This document shows, piece by piece, positions 31,291-41,762 of a DNA stretch of 64,000 nt. A program made the translations under genes and the position numbers. The DNA lies in assembly GCA_963794955.1 (NCBI GenBank), contig CAWCGF010000039.1:268262-332261 (forward strand), in the 5' to 3' direction. Numbering within the stretch: position 1 is the stretch's first letter; each line of letters starts with the position of its first letter. Source of the stretch: an uncultured Acidobacteriota bacterium (GTDB lineage Bacteria > Acidobacteriota > Blastocatellia > RBC074). Under the pieces are notes generated by a model, which was given only the letters and a program-made list of their open reading frames with translations, had not been told where the DNA came from and did no database searches.

Positions 31291-32399
31291 ATGAAAACTA
31301 CTCGCAGACAAATGATGAAAGCAGTTGGCGCGTCAGCACTTTTACCGAGTGTTCTGACGTCAACTACAAGCGCCGCGCAAAAAACTTCGTGGCCGCCGGA
31401 TGAATCGGGTGCGCCCAAAATCTGTCTCGGCGTCCCCACCACCATTGACGAAGCCGGCATGCGGCAGATCAAACAAATCGGCGTGAATTATGTATTGTCA
31501 GGCGGGACCACCGATTCCGTGGACAGAAGAAGTATTTGCGCGAACGTATCAACAAGTTCAAGGCGCAAGGCTTGACGCTTATCAACCTGATGATTGGCGG
31601 TTTTCCAAACGCGATTTATAACCGACCGGGGCGCGACGAGGACATCGAGAAAGTCCTGAAATCCATTCGCGCGGCGGGCAAGGTCGGCTTGCCTGTCGTC
31701 GAATACAACTTCTACGCGCACCGCATCATTGAGGGCTATTACGAAGAGCTTGGGCGCGCAGGCGCAGGGATGACAGCCTTTGATTATGACAAAATCAAAG
31801 ACCTGCCGCCGCTGCCGGAAGAAGGCGCGCATAGTCTTGAAACGATGTGGAGCAACATCACATATTTTCTGAAAGCGGTCATTCCCGTCGCCATCGAATC
31901 AGGCGTGCGAATGGCACAGCATCCGAACGACCCGCCCGCGCCGATTAGTCGCGGTTCAGGACAAATCATGTCTACGCTGGCGGGCTGGAAGCGATTGGTG
32001 GACATCGTCAAAAGCCCGCACAATGGCATCACCTTTGATTGCGGCGTGACGCGCGAACTTGGCGAAGACCCCATCGCCGTAGCGAAATATTTTGGCGCGC
32101 GTGATTGCATTAACCACGTCCATTTTCGTAACGTAATCGTGCGCAAGCCCTATGAGAAATATACCGAAGTCTTTCTGGATGAAGGCCAGGTCAATATGTT
32201 CGCGGTGATGCAAGAGTTGGTAAAGCTGAAATACACGCGCGGCCTGTATCCCGAACATCCGCGCGCAATTGATCTCGACCGTCAGCGCACGAACGGCATC
32301 GTGGGCGGCTATGCCAAAGTCGGTGGCGGCGGCTTCGCGGGCGAGATTTACAACGTGGGTTACACGCGGGCGATGCTGCAAGCCGTGTTGTCGCAATAA
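31291..32399 (+). pseudogene. uxuA: mannonate dehydratase (UxuA)-like with Tat signal, split by frameshift(s) near 31495-31540
   Basis: FLKAVIPVAIESGVRMAQHPNDPPAPI and the N-terminal motifs match UxuA. The N-terminal 94-aa ORF (31291..31575) and the 287-aa ORF (31536..32399) are in different frames. A third frame encodes PIPWTEE between them. Confidence 0.7.
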
Positions 32400-32476
32400 G
32401 TCACTTTACTTCTTTGGAGAGACACAGGAAGTATTACTGTGTTGTCGAACTGGACATCATTTAAACCTGCGTTCGT

Positions 32477-33565
32477 ATGCCAGCAACTTCAACACCAACC
32501 ATTCAAAGTTTCAAGGTACGAGCAGTACGGGTGCCGATGAGAGAGCCGCATCAGACCGCAAGCGGCGTGATTACAGAATCACCCTTAGTCTTGACCGATG
32601 TACTCACCGACGCCGGAGTAATCGGACACAGTATGGTTTTCACCTATACGCCTGCTGCGCTGAAGCCGACGGCTGAGTTGATCCAAAACCTTGAGGCGCT
32701 GGTGCAAGGCGACGCATTGGCTCCGCTTGAAGTTGAGCAAAAACTGGCGAAGCGGTTTCGGCTACTTGGTACGCAAGGATTGGTTGGAATCGCGCTGGCG
32801 GCAATTGATATGGCGCTGTGGGATGCGCTGGCGCGTCTCAACAACACGTCGCTCGTGCGGCTGCTGGGTGGCGTAGAAAAACCGGTGCGGCCTTACGGCG
32901 CGGTTGGTTACGACGGCGTAACAGGTTCCGCCAAGCTCGCCGAAGACTGGGCGAAGCGCGGTTTTATCGGCGTGAAAGCCAAGATCGGCTATCCGACCGT
33001 GCAAGAAGATGTAGCCGTCGTGCGCGCTATGCGTAAGGCCGTGGGTGAGGATTTGGCGATTATGGTGGACTACAATCAATGCCTAACCCCGACGGAAGCT
33101 GTAGAACGCCTGCGCGTGCTGGATGATGAGGGCTTGACCTGGGTCGAAGAACCAACACTCGCGCACGATTACGCGGGGCATGCGCTAGTCGCGCGGGAGG
33201 CGCGGACGCCGATTCAATGCGGCGAAAATTGGTGGGGAACGTTGGATATGCAGCATGCGCTGGACGCACAGGCATCAGATTTCGTCATGCCCGAAGTGAT
33301 GAAAATAGGTGGGGTAACAGGTTGGCTCCGCGCGGCGGCGCTCGCACACGCCAGGAATATTCGCGTGTCCAACCATTTGTGGCCGGAGATCAGCGCACAG
33401 CTTCTTTGTTGCACAGCCACCGCGCACTGGCTGGAATACGCAGACTGGTGGAATCCGATTCTCGCAGCGCCATTACGCATCGAAAATGGGTTAGCGTGGA
33501 TAGACAACGCCATCGGTACGGGCGTGGCCTGGGACGAGGGCGCAGTGGATCGGTTGAGCGCCTAA
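32477..33565 (+). CDS. enolase-superfamily (mandelate racemase/muconate lactonising enzyme family) dehydratase
   Basis: KAKIGYP (KxK), MVDYNQ, EEP and a D/E metal-ligand pattern in a TIM barrel with an N-terminal capping domain. Confidence 0.85.
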   Translation: MPATSTPTIQSFKVRAVRVPMREPHQTASGVITESPLVLTDVLTDAGVIGHSMVFTYTPAALKPTAELIQNLEALVQGDALAPLEVEQKLAKRFRLLGTQGLVGIALAAIDMALWDALARLNNTSLVRLLGGVEKPVRPYGAVGYDGVTGSAKLAEDWAKRGFIGVKAKIGYPTVQEDVAVVRAMRKAVGEDLAIMVDYNQCLTPTEAVERLRVLDDEGLTWVEEPTLAHDYAGHALVAREARTPIQCGENWWGTLDMQHALDAQASDFVMPEVMKIGGVTGWLRAAALAHARNIRVSNHLWPEISAQLLCCTATAHWLEYADWWNPILAAPLRIENGLAWIDNAIGTGVAWDEGAVDRLSA

Positions 33566-33598
33566 CACGCCGAGACGAAGAGCCATATTGTTGACTCT

Positions 33599-33865
33599 AT
33601 GCTGTATATGATTGTCGAGCATTTTAAGAACCGGGATGCCCGGCCTGTTTATCGTCGCTTTCAAGCGCAAGGGCGACTAGCGCCAGAAGGATTAACGTAT
33701 GTGTCCAGTTGGGTGGACGAGCAATTTCAGCACTGCTTTCAACTGATGGAAACCGAGGATCGTAACCTGCTCGACGAATGGATAGCGAACTGGGACGACC
33801 TGGTTGATTTTGAAGTTTTCCCGGTAATGACTTCGACTGAAGCGGCAGCTAAAATACTGCCTTAA
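33599..33865 (+). CDS. DUF3303-like small protein
   Basis: MLYMIVEHFK ... VYRRFQAQGRLAPEGLTYVSSWVD ... CFQLME resembles the DUF3303 consensus as recalled from memory. Confidence 0.5.
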   Translation: MLYMIVEHFKNRDARPVYRRFQAQGRLAPEGLTYVSSWVDEQFQHCFQLMETEDRNLLDEWIANWDDLVDFEVFPVMTSTEAAAKILP

Positions 33866-33882
33866 TGAATTGAGGACTTGAT

Positions 33883-34470
33883 ATGAAACGTAGACGATTT
33901 ATGCAAACCATCGCGGCTGCGCCTGCATTAGCTGTGCCTGCGGCAATGCCTGCGCTCGCGCAAGCACCCGCGCAACGACCTGCGCCTGAAGCATCGAAGC
34001 TGGATATGTCCGCTGCGGATGCCGCCGCAGATATGACACCCCGCTTTTTCACCGCGCCGCAACTTGCCGCGCTGCGTAAGCTCAGCGACATTCTGATGCC
34101 GCCGCTCAATAACCTGCCCGGCGCGTTGGACGCGAACGCCGCAGAGTTTCTCGACTTCCTGATCGGGCAATCCCCTGCCGACCGCAAGCAACTCTATCGC
34201 AATGGTCTCGACACGCTCAACGCGCAGGCAGTGAAGCAATTCAAGAAGCCGTTTGCCGAAATAGACGTGGCGCAGGCGAACACGTTGCTGGCCCCGCTCA
34301 AACAACCGTGGACGTATGAGCCGCCGAGCGATCCCTTTGCCCGCTTCTTACGCGAAGCCAAGCAGGACGTGCGTAACGCGACGATGAATTCGCGCGAATA
34401 CACTACGGCGGGTTCTGCAGGCGGACGGCGTGGCGGTGGGATGGGACAATATTGGTATCCACTTGATTAA
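33883..34470 (+). CDS. gluconate 2-dehydrogenase subunit 3 family protein (Tat-signal small subunit)
   Basis: [17 protein letters not shown] twin-arginine signal. Its size and position directly before a GMC flavoprotein match the small hitch-hiker subunit of membrane sugar dehydrogenases. Confidence 0.7.
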   Translation: MKRRRFMQTIAAAPALAVPAAMPALAQAPAQRPAPEASKLDMSAADAAADMTPRFFTAPQLAALRKLSDILMPPLNNLPGALDANAAEFLDFLIGQSPADRKQLYRNGLDTLNAQAVKQFKKPFAEIDVAQANTLLAPLKQPWTYEPPSDPFARFLREAKQDVRNATMNSREYTTAGSAGGRRGGGMGQYWYPLD

Positions 34471-34599
34471 GTGATAAAGAAAATTTTCTCAACGCAAAGG
34501 AACAAAGAGGCAAAGGGACAAAGAATAAATTTCCAATTCAATCGCCCTTTGATCCTTTGCCTCTTTGTTCCTTTGCGTTGAAAACTTCTCAGGTAGATC

Positions 34600-36172
34600 A
34601 TGACCAACATCGAATACGACGTACTCATCATTGGCTCTGGCGCATCGGGCGGTATGGCGGCGCACATCCTGACGCAGAAAGGCGCAAAATGCCTGATGCT
34701 CGAAGCGGGGCCGCTGGTGGATTTCACGCGGCAACGCACGCTCAAACCCGTGTACGAATTGCCCTATCGCGGCTTCGGCAAACCGGGCAAGCTGCCACAT
34801 CTGTTTCAAGCTAACGAATTCAATGCGAATCAATGGGTGGACGAAGGTGAAGTCCCCTTCACGCACAATCCCAAAGAACCATACAACTGGGTGCGTGTGC
34901 GGATGGTTGGCGGCAAATCGCTGTTCTGGGCGCGGATGTCCTATCGCTTGAGCGATTATGAATTCAAAGCCAAAGACCATGATGGCTTCGGCGAAAACTG
35001 GCCGATCAGCTATGCAGAGCTTGCTCCTTTTTACGACCGCGTCGAACCGATCTTTCGCGTGAGTGGTCGCAAAGAAGGCTTGGCGCAATTGCCCGATGGC
35101 AATTTCGTAGACGACACGTCGCCCGATTCCGGCGCGGCGCTGACGCTTCGCCGCCGCAGGCAAAGCGCGCGGGATGACGGTCACGAAAATTCGTCGCTCG
35201 CTCGGCGATGGTCAGTTTGCGAGTTCGTACAATCTGCTGCTGCCTGTCGCGCAAGCCACGGGCAACTTGACCATTGTGCCGAACGCGGTCGTGCGCGAAA
35301 TCACGACCGACAAGAAAACAGGACTCGTCAATGGCGCGCATTTCGTAGACCGCAAATCAGGCCGCGAATTGCACGCCAAAGCGAAAGTCGTGATCGTGGG
35401 CGCGTCGTGTTTGGAAAGCACGCGCATCCTGCTCAATTCCAAACTTGCGAATTCCAGCGGCGCATTGGGGCATTACTTGCACGATCAGTTATACATCTCG
35501 AACGGCGTACTGGCGATTGTGCCCGAAGCCAAAGACGGCAAAGCGCCACGCGGTTTGATGGGCGGTTCCGGCTATGTTCCGCGCTTCAGCAATTTGAAAA
35601 CGAAGGAGAAAAATTTCCTGCGCGGTTATGCTTTCGATCTGAACACGGGCGGTACGCCAGACCCGAAATACTATCCGACCTGGGGCGCGGAGTTGCAGAA
35701 GCAAATGGACAGTCATCGCGGTGCAGCAGTCGGCACGACGATTATGGGCGAAGTGCTGCCGCGCTTTGAAAACTACGTCCAACTCGATCCTAAAGTGAAA
35801 GACGCGTGGGGCATTCCGGTGCTAAACTTCCAATGTCGCTATTCAGACAACGAATTCAATATGACGAAGCACGCGGTGACCACTATCAGCGAAGTTTGTC
35901 ATGACGCGGGTTTTGAAGTGCTGAACGGCAATGACAAGATGTTTCCGCCGGGTTACAGCATTCACGAACTCGGCACGTGTCGGATGGGCGATGATCCCAA
36001 AAAATCAGTGCTGAACAAGTGGAATCAAAGCCACGACATCAAGAATTTATTCGTGGTGGATGGCAGCAGCTTCGTCACAGGCGGTTCGCAAAATCCGACG
36101 TTAACGATCATGTCGCTCTCGATGCGCGCGTCGGAGTACATCATCGAGCAAAAGCGCAAAGGCGAGTTATAA
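34600..36172 (+). CDS. GMC-family FAD oxidoreductase (gluconate-2-dehydrogenase / glycoside-3-dehydrogenase-like flavoprotein), apparent frameshift at ~35140-35160
   Basis: [16 protein letters not shown] motif and a GMC C-terminal (HELGTCRMG). The two ORFs 34600..35769 and 35174..36172 overlap in different frames. The switch is at a cgccgccgc run. Confidence 0.75.
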
Positions 36173-36231
36173 GGCGTTGGTGCAAGCTGCGGTAAAAGCA
36201 ACCAGGCAGCTTGCATCACATCAAAAGCGAT

Positions 36232-36738
36232 ATGAAATCTTTACTCAAGTTTGGCTGCGTCATTATGTTTGGAGTGCTGGCGGTGGTCGCGCAAACCGAC
36301 AAACAACCGCTGCCGGGGCCACAACAACCAATCCCCTTCAGTCACAAATTGCACGCAGGGGCGCAACAATTGAAATGCGCCACGTGTCACAAGAATCCTG
36401 ATCCCGGCGAGAAGATGGGCTTGGCTACCGCTGGACTGTGTATGCAATGCCATTCGGATGTGAAGACTGACAGTCCCGAAATTCAAAAGCTCGCGGAGTA
36501 CGCCAAAGAAAACCGCGAGATCAAATGGCGACGCGTATATGAGATTCCGTCCTACGTGTTTTTCAGCCATCGCTCACATCTGAAAGCAGGGAGTAGCTGT
36601 GCCGATTGTCACGGCGAAGTCAAAGACCTGGAACAGATGTATAAAGTGAAGGAAATCAATATGGCGAGTTGTGTGAATTGCCATCAGGAAAAGGGCGCAA
36701 GCTTTGACTGCACGTTCTGCCATGAGAAGATGAATTGA
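36232..36738 (+). CDS. small periplasmic pentahaem c-type cytochrome
   Basis: Signal peptide and five CxxCH motifs (CATCH, CMQCH, CADCH, CVNCH, CTFCH) in ~170 aa. Confidence 0.75.
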   Translation: MKSLLKFGCVIMFGVLAVVAQTDKQPLPGPQQPIPFSHKLHAGAQQLKCATCHKNPDPGEKMGLATAGLCMQCHSDVKTDSPEIQKLAEYAKENREIKWRRVYEIPSYVFFSHRSHLKAGSSCADCHGEVKDLEQMYKVKEINMASCVNCHQEKGASFDCTFCHEKMN

Positions 36739-36983
36739 AGTTGCGCATCGTTTCTGTCCCAGCGGGACGATTGAATTTAGGCAGGTCATTTATGGCCTGC
36801 ATCGTAAGGCAGAGATGCCTCGTCGCGTAGCGACGATTGAATTTCTTCAACCGTCGAATACGCGACGAAAATGTTTTTGGGTCATCCTTTTGCAGGCTTT
36901 GAAAAACCTGCCTAAACTCAATCGCCGCGCTGCGGCGAAAGAACTTACAAACCGAAATTTTCCGAGGATATCTACTGCAAAAT

Positions 36984-37865
36984 TTGTCAGAGGAAAACAA
37001 TATGACATTACTCAACTCTATCTCCCGTCGTTCATTTCTTTCCTTAGCCGCCTCCGCTTCGGTTGCGCTTGCGCTACCTGCGACTGCGGCCAAACGCCTC
37101 CCCATCGGCATTGAGCTATATGCCGTGCGCGATGAGTTGCAAAAAGACCTGATGGGGACAGTCCGCAAGGTCGCCCAGATGGGCTATGAAGTTGTCGAGT
37201 TTTATTCGCCCTACACGCAATGGACAACCGAGTACGCCAAAGACGTGCGCAAGCTGTTGGATGAACTGAAAATCAAATGCCTGTCCACGCATAACAGCGC
37301 GAATGTCTTCACGCCGGAGAACCTGCCGAAAGCCATCGAACTGAATCAAATCATCGGCTCGAAAACATTGGTGATGGCCAGCGCCGGACGCGTAGAAGGC
37401 ATTGATGGCTGGAAAGGCGTCGCCGCAAAACTCACGATGGCTGCGGAGAAAATGAAACCACTTGGCATGCGCGCAGGCTTCCACAATCACAAGATTGAAT
37501 TTGTGCCGATTGAAGGTCAACGCCCAATGGATGTTCTGGCTGCAAACACGCCGAAAGACGTGACGCTGCAATTCGATGTTGGCACCTGCGTCGAAGCAGG
37601 CCAGGATTGCAGCGCGTGGATCAAGGCCAATCCAGGCCGCATCCGTTCGCTGCACCTGAAAGACTGGACAGGCAGTGAGGGCAAAGCCGACAAGGGCTAT
37701 CGCGTGTTATTCGGTGAGGGCGATGCCCCCTGGAAGCAAATCTTTGCAGCGGCAGAGGCCAAAGGCGGCGCGGAATATTACCTGATGGAACAGGAAGGCA
37801 GCCGCTTCACCTCGCTGGAAACGGCGGAGAAATGTTTGGCGACCTATAAGAAAATGCGGGCCTGA
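36984..37865 (+). CDS. Tat-exported sugar phosphate isomerase/epimerase (xylose-isomerase-like TIM barrel)
   Basis: RRSFLSLAASASVALA Tat signal. IGIELYAVRDEL ... GYEVVEF ... HNH motifs. Confidence 0.8.
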   Translation: MSEENNMTLLNSISRRSFLSLAASASVALALPATAAKRLPIGIELYAVRDELQKDLMGTVRKVAQMGYEVVEFYSPYTQWTTEYAKDVRKLLDELKIKCLSTHNSANVFTPENLPKAIELNQIIGSKTLVMASAGRVEGIDGWKGVAAKLTMAAEKMKPLGMRAGFHNHKIEFVPIEGQRPMDVLAANTPKDVTLQFDVGTCVEAGQDCSAWIKANPGRIRSLHLKDWTGSEGKADKGYRVLFGEGDAPWKQIFAAAEAKGGAEYYLMEQEGSRFTSLETAEKCLATYKKMRA

Positions 37866-37892
37866 ACAACTATTTTTATTAATGAGAGAATA

Positions 37893-38378
37893 TTGGTAAC
37901 CGATTACCTTATTGATCACCAGAAGATTGACTGGCCGACCATCCTGGCGGAGTGGGCGTGGCTATTACCTGAAGAGCTTACGGTTTGGCTGATGAACCGG
38001 TATGGTGATCTTTTCCTTGTGTTGAATGACAACACCATTCATATGCTTGATGTTGGAAATGGCACAGTGGAAAAACTTGCGAAAAATAGAGACGACTTCT
38101 GCGACAAAATTGATGGAGAGGATAGGGCTAATGATTGGCTAATGATCCCTCTCATTGATCGTTTGGTAGAGGCAGGGAAAACTCTTGAACCAGGCCGATG
38201 CTACAGCTTCGTTATTCCGCCGATTCTTGGTGGAGAGTATTCAATTGAGAACACCGCCACCTTGAGCATTGCCGAGCATTACGGCGTATATGCCTCCATT
38301 CATCAGCAGATAAAAGATCTGCCTGATGGGACCCAGGTCAGGCTAAAGGTGATCCCACGCGACCGAAGCAGCGCCTAA
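37893..38378 (+). CDS. hypothetical protein (possibly DUF1851/immunity-protein-like)
   Basis: No firm family. CYSFVIPPILGGEYSIENT resembles DUF1851-type C-termini. Low confidence. Confidence 0.35.
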   Translation: MVTDYLIDHQKIDWPTILAEWAWLLPEELTVWLMNRYGDLFLVLNDNTIHMLDVGNGTVEKLAKNRDDFCDKIDGEDRANDWLMIPLIDRLVEAGKTLEPGRCYSFVIPPILGGEYSIENTATLSIAEHYGVYASIHQQIKDLPDGTQVRLKVIPRDRSSA

Positions 38379-38440
38379 ACCAAGGCGGCTTTTTCGACAA
38401 CTCTTAAACTGCGGGATGCAATTTTTTATAAGGGGCAACT

Positions 38441-39748
38441 ATGCCATTTAAATCCTTGTGCATATGTGCAACGCTTGCTTATGTACTATTACTCGCTGCC
38501 TACACTGCCGGCAGCGCCCAAACACAAAATGCCCCTCGCGCTGAAGTCGCAGGCATACCTGTCAACTACGATGAGGCCAAAGTCGGAACCTATATCTTGC
38601 CCGATCCTCTAATTCTCGCGAATGGCAAGCTGGTGCGCGATGCAAAAACGTGGATGCAAAAACGACGCCCGGAAATTGTGCGATTGTTTGAGGAGAATCA
38701 GTTTGGCCGCAGTCCCGGTCGTCCTGCCGGAATGAGCTTTGATGTCTTTGACAAAGGCACGCCCGCATTCGATGGCAAAGCGATCCGCCGCCAGGTCACG
38801 ATCTACTTTTCGCCTAAGAAAGACGGGCCGAAAATGGATTTGCTGGTGTACTTGCCTGCGAATGCAACGAAGCCTGTGCCGCTCTTGCTCGACATGAGTT
38901 TCACCGCCAATTCCAATGCTGTAGCTGATCCCGGCATCAAACCCGGTGAAATCTGGAATCGCGAAAAGAAACGCGTGCCTGCGCCCAAAGACGGAAGATT
39001 TGGCAGCTTGAAAATACTGCCATTCCTTGAGCAAGGCTTTGGCGTAGCGACATTTTATTATGGCGATGTTGACCCAGACTTTCTCGGCGGCATTCCGCAC
39101 GGCGTGCGTGCGTTATACCTGAAACCTGGGCAGACCGAACCCGCGCCAAACGAATGGGGCGCAATTAGTGCGTGGGCTTGGGGCGCAAGCCGCGCATTAG
39201 ATTATCTGGAAACCGACAAGGGCGTAGACGCCAAGCGCGTGGCGATCACAGGCATTTCGCGCCTTGGCAAAACTGTGCTGTGGGCAGGCGCGCACGATCC
39301 GCGTTTTGCCATGGTAATTGCCAGTTGTTCGGGCGAAGGCGGTGCCGCGATCAGTCGTCGCAATTATGGCGAGACGATCAAGCATTTGACGGAAGCTACA
39401 CGCTATCCGTATCAGTTCGCCGCGAATTATGGCAAGTATGGCGATCGCGTGAATGAATTTCCGATAGACGCACATCTGTTGGTATCACTGATTGCGCCGC
39501 GCCCGGTGTTGCTGCAAACTGGCGACACTGACACCTGGTCTGATCCGAAAGGCGAATTCCTGGCAGCAGTCGCGGCGGAGCCGGTTTTCAAGTTACTCGG
39601 CAAACAGGCGCTCGACACAACGCAGATGCCCGCCGCCGGACAACCGATATTTCATACGCTCGGCTATGTGATGCACGCGGGTGGACACGGAACGATTCCA
39701 TCGGATTGGGATTTGTTTTTGAAATTCATGCAGATGCACTTGCAATAA
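38441..39748 (+). CDS. secreted carbohydrate esterase family 15 (glucuronoyl esterase)-like alpha/beta hydrolase
   Basis: Signal peptide. ITGISRLGKTVLWAGAHDPRFAMVIASCSGEGGAA parallels the CE15 VTGCSRNGKGA ... QESGAGG active-site block, with Ser in G-x-S-R-x-G. Confidence 0.7.
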   Translation: MPFKSLCICATLAYVLLLAAYTAGSAQTQNAPRAEVAGIPVNYDEAKVGTYILPDPLILANGKLVRDAKTWMQKRRPEIVRLFEENQFGRSPGRPAGMSFDVFDKGTPAFDGKAIRRQVTIYFSPKKDGPKMDLLVYLPANATKPVPLLLDMSFTANSNAVADPGIKPGEIWNREKKRVPAPKDGRFGSLKILPFLEQGFGVATFYYGDVDPDFLGGIPHGVRALYLKPGQTEPAPNEWGAISAWAWGASRALDYLETDKGVDAKRVAITGISRLGKTVLWAGAHDPRFAMVIASCSGEGGAAISRRNYGETIKHLTEATRYPYQFAANYGKYGDRVNEFPIDAHLLVSLIAPRPVLLQTGDTDTWSDPKGEFLAAVAAEPVFKLLGKQALDTTQMPAAGQPIFHTLGYVMHAGGHGTIPSDWDLFLKFMQMHLQ

Positions 39749-39793
39749 CCCCTGAGAGCGCACGCGGAAGCGCGTGCTTGCAATGGAGGCACA

Positions 39794-40933
39794 ATGATCC
39801 GAAAAACTATTTTCGCCGCACTCTTCGCACTTTGCTTCATGCTCAGCCTCAATGCCGCTGATGATACAGAGGTCGCCACCTTGAAGCCCGGCGCTAACGC
39901 GCCAGACTTCAACCTGCCTGGCATAGACGGCAAGAACTGGAAGCTCAGCGATTTCGATAAATCCAAAATCCTCGTCGTGATTTTCACCTGTGTGCATTGC
40001 CCAACGGCGCAGTATTACGAAGAGCGCATCAAACAACTGGTCGTGGATTACAAAAACAAAGGCGTCGGCTTCGTCGCTATTTCGCCGAATGACCCTGATT
40101 CCGTGCGACCGGATGAAAAGGGCTATACCGATTTGGGCGACTCGCTGGAAGAGATGAAGATTCGGGCGCGGGATCACCAGTTTAATTTTCCGTTTTTGAT
40201 GGGCGGCGGGCAGTACGAAGCCGTGTCCAAGGCGTATGGCGCAAAAGCCACGCCGCACGCATTCATCTTCGATGCCGAACGCAAGCTGCAATACGTCGGG
40301 CGCATTGACGACAGCGAGCGCATCAAGTTCATGCGCGTGCGCGATGTGCGCAATGCGCTGGAGGCAATGCTGGCGGGCAAAGAAGTGGCGGTGAAAGAAA
40401 ACAAGGCGTTCGGGTGTTCCGTGAAATGGTCGTCCAAAGGCGAAGAGATGAAAAAGTATTGGGCCAAGATTGATGCCGAGTCCGTCACGATTCAGCCTGT
40501 AGACGCAGAAGGTTTACGCAAATTGCGGATGAATAACGCGTCGAATGACAAGAGCAAATTGCGGCTCATCAACTTCTGGGCGACGTGGTGTGGGCCGTGC
40601 GTATCGGAATTTCCCGACATCATGGATATTCATCGCTGGTACCGCCAACGTGATTTTGAAGTCGTCAGCGTTGCGGCGCATTTCCCGGATGAAAAAGAGG
40701 AAGCTCTCGCCTTCCTGAAAAAGCAAAAAGCGACGAATCCCAACTTGTTTTTTGGCGATACGGACAAGTACAAAATGATAGAAGCGTTCGACCCAGACTG
40801 GAATGGCACATTGCCTTACACAATGCTGATTGATCCGACAGGCGACGTGCTTTACAAAGTGCAGGGGCCGATTGATGTGCTGAAAGTGAAGCGGATTATC
40901 GTCAAATACCTCAACGAACGGAAGCCGTATTAA
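39794..40933 (+). CDS. secreted tandem thioredoxin-fold protein (AhpC/TSA-like domain plus TlpA-like domain)
   Basis: Signal peptide. The first domain carries FTCVHCPTAQ. The second carries WATWCGPC (WCxxC). Confidence 0.75.
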   Translation: MIRKTIFAALFALCFMLSLNAADDTEVATLKPGANAPDFNLPGIDGKNWKLSDFDKSKILVVIFTCVHCPTAQYYEERIKQLVVDYKNKGVGFVAISPNDPDSVRPDEKGYTDLGDSLEEMKIRARDHQFNFPFLMGGGQYEAVSKAYGAKATPHAFIFDAERKLQYVGRIDDSERIKFMRVRDVRNALEAMLAGKEVAVKENKAFGCSVKWSSKGEEMKKYWAKIDAESVTIQPVDAEGLRKLRMNNASNDKSKLRLINFWATWCGPCVSEFPDIMDIHRWYRQRDFEVVSVAAHFPDEKEEALAFLKKQKATNPNLFFGDTDKYKMIEAFDPDWNGTLPYTMLIDPTGDVLYKVQGPIDVLKVKRIIVKYLNERKPY

Positions 40934-40939
40934 GACCAC

Positions 40940-41001
40940 GTTCAGAGTTCAAGCTTCAGCTTGGCTTTACTGCCCAACAAGCTGAAGCTTGAACTCTGAA
41001 C
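40940..41001. repeat. hairpin-repeat family 2, copy 2 (gttcagagttcaagcttcagcttgg ... caagctgaagcttgaactctgaac), probable terminator of the thioredoxin gene
   Basis: ~22-bp stem. The core is shared with 11136..11218. Confidence 0.5.
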
Positions 41002-41016
41002 ACTTGCTCGCCAAAG

Positions 41017-41751
41017 ATGAAATCCAAAAAGAAAATCCTCCTGAAAATCGGTGTCGCCATTATTGCAATCGTAGCGTTGTTGCTAGTGCTGCCGAGCCTG
41101 CCGCAACCCTTCTTCCACGCTTCCGTCAACGCCAAAAATCTAACGCTTTACTCCGACCAACCGTTCGCGCCAGCCGCCGGTCAACAGGTTTTGCAATTGG
41201 TTGAAGCCAAGCTGGCAAAATCTCCGCTCTATTCCGCCGAGCAAAAACATCTCATCTTCATCTGCAATACGCGCTGGCGGCAACGTCTTTTTTTCACGTA
41301 CGTCTATGGCGTAGGCGGCGTAAATTACTATCCGTTCACGACGAATGTATTCCTGCGCGACTCAATCATTGAAGAAAATTGTCTAATTGGCCCCGGCGGA
41401 AATCGCTTACCGGGCGAGCGCACGCTGGATTATTTCATCACGCATGAAATCGCACATACGCTCACAGGGCAGGCCGTGGGCGCAATTGATTATCATCGCT
41501 TGCCGCAATGGAAGCGCGAAGGCTACGCGGATTATGTCGGCAAAGGCGCGGCGTTCAATTACGACGAAGCCAGGCGCGCGTTTCTCGCCAACGATCTAAG
41601 GATGGATTGGGCAAAATCAGGATTGTATTGGCGCTTTCATTTGCTAGTCGCGCACCTGTTGGAGAAACAGCATTGGAGCGTGCAACGCATGTTGGAAGAC
41701 CCCATCGAACAAACCGCCGTCGAAGCGATGATCCGTGCGGAAAAGCCCTGA
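41017..41751 (+). CDS. membrane-anchored HExxH putative metallopeptidase-like protein
   Basis: N-terminal transmembrane helix. [10 protein letters not shown] HExxH motif. No specific family assigned. Confidence 0.5.
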   Translation: MKSKKKILLKIGVAIIAIVALLLVLPSLPQPFFHASVNAKNLTLYSDQPFAPAAGQQVLQLVEAKLAKSPLYSAEQKHLIFICNTRWRQRLFFTYVYGVGGVNYYPFTTNVFLRDSIIEENCLIGPGGNRLPGERTLDYFITHEIAHTLTGQAVGAIDYHRLPQWKREGYADYVGKGAAFNYDEARRAFLANDLRMDWAKSGLYWRFHLLVAHLLEKQHWSVQRMLEDPIEQTAVEAMIRAEKP

Positions 41752-41762
41752 GACAACGCTGC

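Noticed and set aside
34489-35184. 231-aa minus-strand ORF
   Set aside because: Antisense to the GMC oxidoreductase gene. There is no Shine-Dalgarno and no recognisable domain.
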